In this document: positions 21,551 to 29,139 of the stretch, piece by piece
Layout of the letters: each line of letters begins with the position of its first letter
How positions within the stretch are numbered: the first letter of the stretch is position 1
Source of the DNA: Candidatus Heimdallarchaeota archaeon B3_Heim
Lineage (GTDB): Archaea; Asgardarchaeota; Heimdallarchaeia; Hodarchaeales; Hodarchaeaceae
Assembly (NCBI GenBank): GCA_003144275.1
Contig: NJBF01000005.1
Location: 60,001 to 92,000 of the forward strand
DNA: 32,000 bases
Reading direction: 5' to 3'
The notes under the pieces: model-generated
Databases searched by the model: none
Seen by the model: only the letters and a program-made list of their open reading frames with translations
Told to the model about the DNA's origin: nothing
Translations under genes and position numbers: made by a program

Positions 21551-22873
21551 ATGAAAAGGATAAAAGCACTAATACTAGGAGCTGCTGGAAGGGATTTCCA
21601 CAACTTCAATACATACTTTCGAAATAACGAAAATTACGAAATCGTTGCTTTCACCGCTACTCAGATACCCGATATATCAGATAGAAGATACCCCCCTACA
21701 CTATCAGGTAGCCTTTATCCTGAAGGAATACCTATATATCCAGAAGATGAATTTGATGATCTTATTAAAACCCACAACATTGAACAGGTTATATTAGCTT
21801 ATTCAGACTTATCTTATGGATATGTTATGAATTTAGCGTCTAAAGTTCTTGCAAATGGAGCAGATTTTCGAATTTTAGGTCCGAAACATACAATGATAAA
21901 GTCTAAATTACCTGTAATTGCGGTACTTGCAGTACGAACTGGGTCAGGAAAGAGCCAGACTACTAGGAAAATAGGAAAGATATTACGAGAGCAAGGTAAA
22001 AAAGTCGCTGTCATTCGTCATCCGATGCCTTATGGGGATTTGGAGAAGCAGAGGTGCCAAAGATTTGACTCTTATGAGGATTTAAAAAAATATGAATGCA
22101 CAATTGAGGAGATGGAGGAATATGAGCCTCATATTAATGAAGGAAACCTTGTTTTTGCTGGAGTAGATTTTGAAGAAATTCTTCGTGAAGCAGAAAAGGA
22201 AGCTGATGTTATTCTATTTGACGGAGGAAATAATGATTGGAGTTTCTATGACGCTGACCTAACAATAACAATTGCTGATCCTCATCGTCTTGGTCATGAG
22301 AGATCATATTTTCCAGGTGAAGTAAATGTACGGAGAGCTGAGGTTGTTATAATAAATAAAGCAGGAACCGCACCACCTGGAAACATTTCAAAACTCAAGG
22401 AAAGTATTAAGGAATTAAATCCAAAAGCACTAATATTAATTGCGAACTCGCCAATCACTGTAGAGGATCCAAAGTTTATTTTAAACAAACGAGTGTTAGT
22501 TGTCGAAGATGGCCCAACCTTAACACATGGTGAAATGAAATATGGAGCGGGTCACATCGCAGCAAAGCAATATAAAGCCAAAGAGATAATCGATCCAAGA
22601 CCTTTTGCAATTGGAAGCATTAAAACCACTTATCAAAAGTATAAGCATTTATCAGATGTTTTACCTGCAATGGGCTATGGTGAAAAACAGATGAAAGAAT
22701 TAGAAGATACTATTAATGCATCTGACTGTGATACAGTGGTTATCGGTACACCAATAAATTTAGGACGATTGTTATCTATAAAAAAACCATCCATAAGAGT
22801 AACTTATGATTTAGAAGTGCAAGGTCAACCTTCCCTAAAAGAAATCATAACTGATGTTATAAAGAAGAGATAG
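21551..22873 (+). CDS. COG2403 P-loop NTPase (cyclic 2,3-DPG synthetase-like / arginine synthetase ArcE-like)
   Basis: ILGAAGRDFHNFN, AFTATQIP, Walker A RTGSGKS, IRHPMPYG, DGGNND, VEDGPTLTHG, PAMGY. GAGGT SD. Confidence 0.88.
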   Translation: MKRIKALILGAAGRDFHNFNTYFRNNENYEIVAFTATQIPDISDRRYPPTLSGSLYPEGIPIYPEDEFDDLIKTHNIEQVILAYSDLSYGYVMNLASKVLANGADFRILGPKHTMIKSKLPVIAVLAVRTGSGKSQTTRKIGKILREQGKKVAVIRHPMPYGDLEKQRCQRFDSYEDLKKYECTIEEMEEYEPHINEGNLVFAGVDFEEILREAEKEADVILFDGGNNDWSFYDADLTITIADPHRLGHERSYFPGEVNVRRAEVVIINKAGTAPPGNISKLKESIKELNPKALILIANSPITVEDPKFILNKRVLVVEDGPTLTHGEMKYGAGHIAAKQYKAKEIIDPRPFAIGSIKTTYQKYKHLSDVLPAMGYGEKQMKELEDTINASDCDTVVIGTPINLGRLLSIKKPSIRVTYDLEVQGQPSLKEIITDVIKKR

Positions 22874-22959
22874 AATAATAGTAAGTCTCTTCTTTTAAAA
22901 TTCTATTCATATTTCACTTGACCTAATAAGTGAAAAAAGGATTTTAAATAGAGAGAAAC

Positions 22960-23337
22960 TTAATAAGTCTCCTGTGTTGACACTACGACAATGTATAAGC
23001 CAATAAGGGCTAAGATGGCACCTACAAAAGCAATAGCAATCCCTACAAATGGAGGGGAATCATTAATCATCATCCAGATTGCCAGAATTACACTAACGAT
23101 AAATCCCAATCCACCGATTATTGTTGCATTATTGCCTTCATTGTAGCCAAAACTCTCACGACTTCCATAACCCATTCCTAAACCACCGACAATACCAGCA
23201 ATCCATATAAAGAATAGCTCAAAATACTCTGTCCTAGCATCAGCAGTTACGATAAAATCTAAGCGAAATACAGCAATAGCAGTGACCAGAATACTAAAAC
23301 CAAAAATAATTGTACCTAACAAAGTGGGAGTTTTCAT
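22960..23337 (-). CDS. Hypothetical 4-TM membrane protein
   Basis: Four Gly-rich hydrophobic segments. ATG 23337 is preceded by GAGGTG. Confidence 0.65.
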   Translation of the reverse strand: MKTPTLLGTIIFGFSILVTAIAVFRLDFIVTADARTEYFELFFIWIAGIVGGLGMGYGSRESFGYNEGNNATIIGGLGFIVSVILAIWMMINDSPPFVGIAIAFVGAILALIGLYIVVVSTQETY

Positions 23338-23677
23338 ATCAATACACCTCAATAAATCGAAAATTATTCCTTAACAAAATTCATTGGAAAATTCATCTTT
23401 TATTTGTTTTTGTTTCAATACTTAAACTTAATCCTGAGGAATTAATCTGAAGTTTATTAACAGTAATTAGTGATAATTCGAGAATAATTGATTATTTATC
23501 AAATAATTCTTTGAATCCTTAGGGAAATAAGTGAAAACTAATTTATATCAGTGGAGAACAGATTATCCCTTTAGAGGATTGAGATCCAAAAGCTATTTCA
23601 TATTCTAATATTTTGCTCAATTACATAGGTAGAATACTATCAATAGGCACAAAAAGGGCCCGTGGCTTAGCCTGGAT

Positions 23678-23719
23678 TTAAATGCTGGATGTACCATGGT
23701 GAACACAGCAATGCTAGAC
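23678..23719 (+). other. 42-nt non-canonical tRNA intron in the D loop (20a/21)
   Basis: Relaxed BHB: central helix CTGG/CTAG, bulges AT|T and AC|A, intron stem TGCTG/CAGCA. Confidence 0.75.
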
Positions 23720-23736
23720 AGAGTACTGCGCTGCGG

Positions 23737-23765
23737 AAAGACACATTAATTATGGTCTTGAAGAT
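23737..23765 (+). other. 29-nt canonical tRNA intron (37/38)
   Basis: BHB: central helix CTGC/GAAG (one G-A mismatch), bulges GG|A and AT|A, intron stem AAGAC/GTCTT. Confidence 0.88.
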
Positions 23766-24046
23766 ACGCAGGGGTCATGAGTTCGAATCTCATCGGGCCC
23801 GTTTCACTTTATTTTTAGGATAATACTTTAATAACAACAAAATTATCCTCGAACTCTGATTTCTCAACAAGAAAGTTTCAAAGAATGATGAAATAAAGAC
23901 GGGAGAAGACTCACAATAATAATATATGAGCTAGATGTTATGATGAGTTTTATCTTCTCGAGTTTCTCCTTAGCATGAACATGATGTAGTAGCTCTTTCG
24001 AGTTCCAATTCACTATAATCCTGAACCCAAACCATTGGGAAAAAAA

Positions 24047-24364
24047 ATGAGCACTTTTATATCTAACATACGGAATAATCTCCATCGGCAATTTAAAGGA
24101 AAATATCAGAGAGTACGATGTATCTCCATTCAGGATATTCGAGATAGTGACGAAATTGAACTAGAGATGATGAAACAAAATGTTGTTGTCCTTTTTTTTA
24201 GAGAATTTCGTATCACCAAATCATTAGAAGCAAAGCGATTCCTTCAATCTCTTAATGCCCTTATTCGCCAGTATAACTATGAAATATTGAATTTGGGTAA
24301 TTTAGATTACCTGTTATTATTACCTGAATCTTTTGAGATCTCAGCAGAATCATTAATTCTATAG
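24047..24364 (+). CDS. SepF-like (archaeal DUF552-type) protein
   Basis: Pattern ISIQDIRDSDEI...NVVVL...KRFLQSL...YEILNLG..YLLLLP matches the SepF core, but the Gly-Gly motif is missing. Confidence 0.55.
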   Translation: MSTFISNIRNNLHRQFKGKYQRVRCISIQDIRDSDEIELEMMKQNVVVLFFREFRITKSLEAKRFLQSLNALIRQYNYEILNLGNLDYLLLLPESFEISAESLIL

Positions 24365-24384
24365 ATAAGAAAAATAAGGAAGAT

Positions 24385-25683
24385 TTATACTTCCTTTAGA
24401 TTCATTCGAACAAGAAAAGCGGTTGATACAAACAGAATAACAACTGCAATTAATAGTCCCCATTGGGCTAAATTTGGAAGAATTGGAGAGGGAAAGGGAC
24501 TTTTTAGATAAATTCTACCCGCAAAAACTTGAATTGGGAGATAGCCAATGCGATTAGCAATGAAAATAATGTCACAGCTTCCACTACTCAATCCTTCGGT
24601 ATCAATAGTTCCAAAGAATTTGGTTGAGTTTAATGGGTCAACATTCATTATCCTTTTAGTCAGAATCGATCCCGTCCGTTCTAAGGCGATGAATATTTGA
24701 GTTTGAGATAAGCTCTGATTTTGAGAATTCACTAAGGTAACGTTTCCGCTTATTGTCACTCCCAAATTAACAGATTGTCCTTCTAGATCAGTCCAAGGAT
24801 TATAAAAACTCATAATTCCTGTGTTACGGCCAAGCCATCTAATCGAATTTATAATTAAATCAGAATTATCAATAAAAACACTTGTTGAATTATCTAGTGG
24901 CTCAATATACGTATCGTTAAACATATCAACGGAGCCAATTGTAAATATTCGACCACCATTCTCGAACTCCAAGGTAGAGGCAAAAGTATTATTTTCTGAC
25001 GGTTCTTCTGTAGAATCCTTCAATAGGAGAGGATTAAAGTAAGTAATTGAGGGAGAAACATATGATTCCAATTTTGATGTATTGAAAGATATACCAAGTG
25101 CATTAGGAAGATTTACTTGTGAAATGTTTTCCGTAATAGGTGTAATAGGAGTAGTGAAATTACGTGCTAAATATTCATAGGGTATAACAATATCTCTGTT
25201 ATCTCTCACTTCAGCTGGTATAAGAGAGCTAGAGAGATTAAATGAAAGTCCAAATCTATCTAGGATATCATTGGATTCCACAGTAGTCTGATTCATATAA
25301 CCTGTAGCAACAAGCATTGAGTTTCCATCTTTAATGAATTCCTCGACATCCTGAATTTCTGAATCAGTATAAGATGAAGTTGGAGCCAAGACGAGGAGGA
25401 CATCGATTGATGTTAGAGCTTCCTCATTTACATTCTCACTGAGAAACTGAACATCTTGAGTTGGACTAAATATTCCATTTAGTAATGTTGTAAGGTTACT
25501 TAGCTGGCTTTCAGAGATATTATTGTTATGTGCCATATCTATACCGATCACGATATCTGATTCGAGAATTGGGGCTCCCGCACCCATGACAATCATTGAG
25601 GCTGAGTTGTTATCCTCTATTGTAACCGCAGTTAGAAATATGACAAACATAAATAAGACGTAAGTATTTTTCAGTTTTTTCAA
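24385..25683 (-). CDS. OST48/Wbp1 (DDOST)-like oligosaccharyltransferase subunit
   Basis: Signal peptide, GATase-like domain (LLVLAP...EFIKDGNSMLVA), GRIFTIGSVDMFND, NSDLIINSIRWL, ANRIGY, C-terminal TM. 432 aa. TTG start with AGAGGA upstream. Confidence 0.72.
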   Translation of the reverse strand: MKKLKNTYVLFMFVIFLTAVTIEDNNSASMIVMGAGAPILESDIVIGIDMAHNNNISESQLSNLTTLLNGIFSPTQDVQFLSENVNEEALTSIDVLLVLAPTSSYTDSEIQDVEEFIKDGNSMLVATGYMNQTTVESNDILDRFGLSFNLSSSLIPAEVRDNRDIVIPYEYLARNFTTPITPITENISQVNLPNALGISFNTSKLESYVSPSITYFNPLLLKDSTEEPSENNTFASTLEFENGGRIFTIGSVDMFNDTYIEPLDNSTSVFIDNSDLIINSIRWLGRNTGIMSFYNPWTDLEGQSVNLGVTISGNVTLVNSQNQSLSQTQIFIALERTGSILTKRIMNVDPLNSTKFFGTIDTEGLSSGSCDIIFIANRIGYLPIQVFAGRIYLKSPFPSPILPNLAQWGLLIAVVILFVSTAFLVRMNLKEV

Positions 25684-25860
25684 TGTTTATTCCTCTAATG
25701 ATGGATTATTTTAATTCAACGATTCAACGTATCTCTTGAAGGAGTTTATGCGACTAGAGCGATTCTAAAGACGTTTGAGGTCACTTTGAACCCTCTTTAT
25801 TGACTTTTTTATGTTATAGGTCATGTTAATCTTTCATCCGTGGAGAGATCAGCGGTTCAC

Positions 25861-26403
25861 TTATGGAACTACAGTTCGATAGACCAAGAATTCTCCAGCT
25901 GTAGGGCTATTTCTTTTGATTTTTAATACATCGCCAACTTTTGCGCCTAAAAGTTGAACTGCAGGATCTTCAGCTGAAATTTTGGGAAGCTGATATGTAA
26001 ATATTGAATATTTTTTCTCTAATTCTTGAACTTCCGATTCAGTAGCAAATTCATGAACTGGAACGAGGTAATGTTTAAAAAGATTGAAGAACGGAAATTT
26101 TATCGAAAAAGTTTCGATATCTGCTGCTTTGGCTTCTCTTTTTGCATAATGAGTGTATTTATTTAATGCAAGCAGCAAGGCGTAATTATACCCCTTCTCC
26201 TCAATTTCTTCCTTATAATCCCTTAATTCACGAACACCAACGACTTCTTTTTCTGGAATTCGCACTATAATCGTCTGGCCTTCAGAATTTTTGCCAAAAA
26301 TATCATGGTATTCTTCATTCTCAACTTCAGAAGTTACTTCAAAACCTCTAGTTAGTAGAATGGACTTTGCACCATCAATAACTCGATCTTTACGCCCAGT
26401 CAA
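25861..26403 (-). CDS. rpoH: RNA polymerase subunit H/Rpo5 with N-terminal Rpb5 jaw-like domain (180 aa)
   Basis: C-terminal HYLVPVH...LPKISAEDPAVQLLGAKVGDVLKIKRNSPTAG...YRTV is canonical Rpo5. The extra ~100-aa N-terminus resembles the eukaryotic Rpb5 N-domain. TTG start with GAGGT. Confidence 0.95.
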   Translation of the reverse strand: MTGRKDRVIDGAKSILLTRGFEVTSEVENEEYHDIFGKNSEGQTIIVRIPEKEVVGVRELRDYKEEIEEKGYNYALLLALNKYTHYAKREAKAADIETFSIKFPFFNLFKHYLVPVHEFATESEVQELEKKYSIFTYQLPKISAEDPAVQLLGAKVGDVLKIKRNSPTAGEFLVYRTVVP

Positions 26404-26437
26404 ATGTATTAAACCTCTAAAAACAATTCAAGGGGAC

Positions 26438-26445
26438 TTTTTAAA
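26438..26445 (-). promoter_or_regulatory. Possible TATA box for rpoH
   Basis: Minus-strand TTTAAAAA about 35 nt upstream of the rpoH start. Confidence 0.3.
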
Positions 26446-26502
26446 GCGGGGTTTTTTGTTTTTCTACTAAGAGAATTCAACTGAATTTAATTCTAAAAAA
26501 TA

Positions 26503-28473
26503 TCACACATCTTCAATTATATAACTAGCATCACTACGATATCTTAACAAAGGACAAAAACTGTTACATCTCATACAGTGAATACATTTTGAAGTATCGA
26601 CCTTAATCTTCCCATTTCTAAGAAATAACGCATCTTCCTCACAATTATAAATACAAACACCGCATCCATCACAATATGTAACACGAAATATAGTTTTTAT
26701 AAAATCTATTGCTTTAGCATCTATAGAAGCCTTGAAATTATCTCTAACAATGACTGATCCATCCCGAAAAACATCGGTTCTGTTTCCTCTGGAATCAGTG
26801 CTATGGAGGAGATCCAATTCTTCATTAAGTTGTGTTTCTCCAACAATTGGAAGCAATTGGTTAATTAATTCCAATTCAAGCAATTGGTTCGCTGAAACAT
26901 AGCTGGAAAAACCTCCCAAAACACAAGGAGAAGGAGAACGAGTCATAGAAAACTGGAGTTGTGAGCTAGGCTCTGACGAGGAATTCTTAATTTTGTATTT
27001 AATATTATTTCTTTGAAGGAGTTTCAAAATTTTCGCTGGAAGAATCTTCCATCTCCAGAGACCCCAGGATATGTATTGTTTTGGAAAATTATTTACTGAT
27101 TTAATACTTGATAATCTTTGGGTTAATTGTTCAAGCAGAATAGGATGAGTCTCTTCCATTATAGAAAAATCAGCAAGCGAGGCAGCTGGACAGACCCAAC
27201 AGCCAATTCTGATAAAACCCTTGGTATATAGTGGATTGAGAAGCCCCATTAAACCCCGAGCTTCAATATACAAATAAACCTCAAAAGCACTCCAATTGTT
27301 AATCGGGGAAGCGGAGACTTGTTTAGGGATCCAAGGATTTTGAGATACACGGGGTTCTTGGGATCGCCCAAACGACTCATACCGACGTTTTCCCAAAAAA
27401 GTTAAGACTTGATCATCATCGGGAAAGTTTTTTTCTAATATAGAATTTATCGGAGCAAGTTTGGACGATTTACAACACCAGCGTGAGTTTCTAGTCGGAG
27501 GACCAAACTGTTCAAAACGCTCCCAAAAATCCCAAGATTCATTTTCATCAACCAGTACTTTTCGTCCATAAGTTTTCGAAATTAATTTAACATTCTCGAG
27601 TGTTTCGGGATATTCTAATCCTGTATCTGCAAAAATTATCTCATAGGGAACATCAGATTGGGCAATAAGGTTTAGAGTCGCAAGAGAATCTTTACCTCCC
27701 GAATAGGCCACGACGATGTTGTTGAAATCCTGAGCTGTCTTTTCAATGAAATTTATCGCTTCGTCTTCAATGTATACTAATGATTGACGATTGGCTTTAA
27801 TCATTTTCTCCCATGAAGAATGCGATATTGGCTCAACCATAAGTGATTTTTTTCTATATTTAGTCTTAATGGCAACACCACGAGGCGAGTTAAGCATAGT
27901 TTCTCGATCCATCTTTGCTAAACCGACGGCAATGACCTCGTATTGACAAACAATTATTATAGGATCATTTAAATTAATATTTCCATGCACTCCTAATATA
28001 CCTGGTGCAAGGACTGAAGCTCCTTTTATAATTGGTTCTTTTGCTCCGATATCTACCTCGACCCAATTGGATGCGCCACTATGCCAAAGTTTTTGGGCCA
28101 GAGCAAGTTTAGGTACCAGTTCAAAGTTCTCTTTAAGTGGATTAAATCGAAGTAATCCGATCACTCCCCCAAGATAATAAATTTCATCCATTCTATCAAC
28201 ATAAGGCACTTTGTTTAGAAGAAGAATCTGATTCTTAATCATATTTTGAAAAATCTTGGCCGATTCTACTCCATATTGGTCTTCCACCGCTTTAATTAAT
28301 TGTGACAAATCCCCCTCGAATGCAGGACGAATATCTCCTGGAGGTGTGACCTGAATCTTACGCCCAGACTTTCCACAGCTACTACACTGTTTACGTATCA
28401 AAGGAACCTGGCATATATCGCACCAATGAAGTCGTACCTTACCCAAGAATGGAATTTTCAAAAATATCTCCAC
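26503..28473 (-). CDS. Zn-ribbon/PUA/PAPS-reductase-like/4Fe-4S multidomain protein
   Basis: WCDICQ...CSSCG, PUA domain (GASVLAPGI), PP-loop VAYSGGKDS, WCCKSSK, RIGCWVCP, C-terminal CDGCGVCIYNC and CIHCMRCNSFCP. GTG start. Confidence 0.88.
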   Translation of the reverse strand: MEIFLKIPFLGKVRLHWCDICQVPLIRKQCSSCGKSGRKIQVTPPGDIRPAFEGDLSQLIKAVEDQYGVESAKIFQNMIKNQILLLNKVPYVDRMDEIYYLGGVIGLLRFNPLKENFELVPKLALAQKLWHSGASNWVEVDIGAKEPIIKGASVLAPGILGVHGNINLNDPIIIVCQYEVIAVGLAKMDRETMLNSPRGVAIKTKYRKKSLMVEPISHSSWEKMIKANRQSLVYIEDEAINFIEKTAQDFNNIVVAYSGGKDSLATLNLIAQSDVPYEIIFADTGLEYPETLENVKLISKTYGRKVLVDENESWDFWERFEQFGPPTRNSRWCCKSSKLAPINSILEKNFPDDDQVLTFLGKRRYESFGRSQEPRVSQNPWIPKQVSASPINNWSAFEVYLYIEARGLMGLLNPLYTKGFIRIGCWVCPAASLADFSIMEETHPILLEQLTQRLSSIKSVNNFPKQYISWGLWRWKILPAKILKLLQRNNIKYKIKNSSSEPSSQLQFSMTRSPSPCVLGGFSSYVSANQLLELELINQLLPIVGETQLNEELDLLHSTDSRGNRTDVFRDGSVIVRDNFKASIDAKAIDFIKTIFRVTYCDGCGVCIYNCEEDALFLRNGKIKVDTSKCIHCMRCNSFCPLLRYRSDASYIIEDV

Positions 28474-28687
28474 AACAGAATTTTAATCTTAGAAATAACT
28501 CATTTATATAGAAATGTTAACGTATAAAGCCAGAATAGAGCTTAAAAATCTAATATAAAGATTTTTAGTATCGTTTTAAGTCAATTCTGAGTAAAAGATG
28601 TAACTCAGCAATAAAAGGTAAATGATCTGAAAAAGAGAAATACTTCCTATAAAATGTTAGATTACTCTGAAAAAGAGGAAGAGAAAA

Positions 28688-29128
28688 ATGGCTAGTCCTT
28701 TTTGTGAGATCTGTGGTACTTTGATAACAACTCGAAGAATCGGATCAGAAAGAAAATTAATGTATTGGTGTCCCAAATGTCAAAAAGAAATATTAGAAAG
28801 CAGAAAGGTGGACAAAGTAGCATTTCAAGAGACTACACTCATAAATCACAATGTAAAAGATAAAACACGAATATTAGAAGATGAACCTCCACCCATTCCA
28901 AAACTAATGACCCAAACTTATGAACAACGAAAAAAGAAACGATGTCGACATCCTCAGGCGATCTTTCAGGGTTTCTATCAATTTTCTAGCGGTGATGAAG
29001 CTTCACGAAAATATTGGTACTGTCCAGATTGTGGTCAGGTTTTTCGATTTTCAGGAAAAGTGATAGTAAAGAGCCATCGCAAACTAATCCACACAGAAGA
29101 AGAGGGAGAAAAGTTAGACAATAAATAA
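28688..29128 (+). CDS. Divergent TFS/RpoM (Rpb9/TFIIS-like) double Zn-ribbon protein
   Basis: N-ribbon FCEICG...WCPKC; C-ribbon RCRH...QFSSGDEA...YCPDCG keeps the DE hairpin; there is a C-terminal extension. Confidence 0.78.
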   Translation: MASPFCEICGTLITTRRIGSERKLMYWCPKCQKEILESRKVDKVAFQETTLINHNVKDKTRILEDEPPPIPKLMTQTYEQRKKKRCRHPQAIFQGFYQFSSGDEASRKYWYCPDCGQVFRFSGKVIVKSHRKLIHTEEEGEKLDNK

Positions 29129-29139
29129 AAGGGAAATAA

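Larger units (their letters stand above)
23656..23801 (+). tRNA. tRNA-Arg(GCG) with two introns (D-loop and 37/38)
   Basis: Acceptor GGGCCCG/CGGGCCC, G73. Removing 23678-23719 and 23737-23765 gives a 75-nt cloverleaf with D loop AGCCTGGATA, anticodon arm CTGCG-CTGCGGA-CGCAG and T arm ATGAG-TTCGAAT-CTCAT. Confidence 0.9.

Noticed and set aside
23864-24091. 75-aa minus-strand ORF, and nearby ATGATGA/CTGA boxes as a possible C/D sRNA
   Set aside because: The ORF overlaps the SepF-like start and has no motif. Box spacing does not fit a C/D guide (about 33 nt between the C'-like box and CTGA, no clear D').
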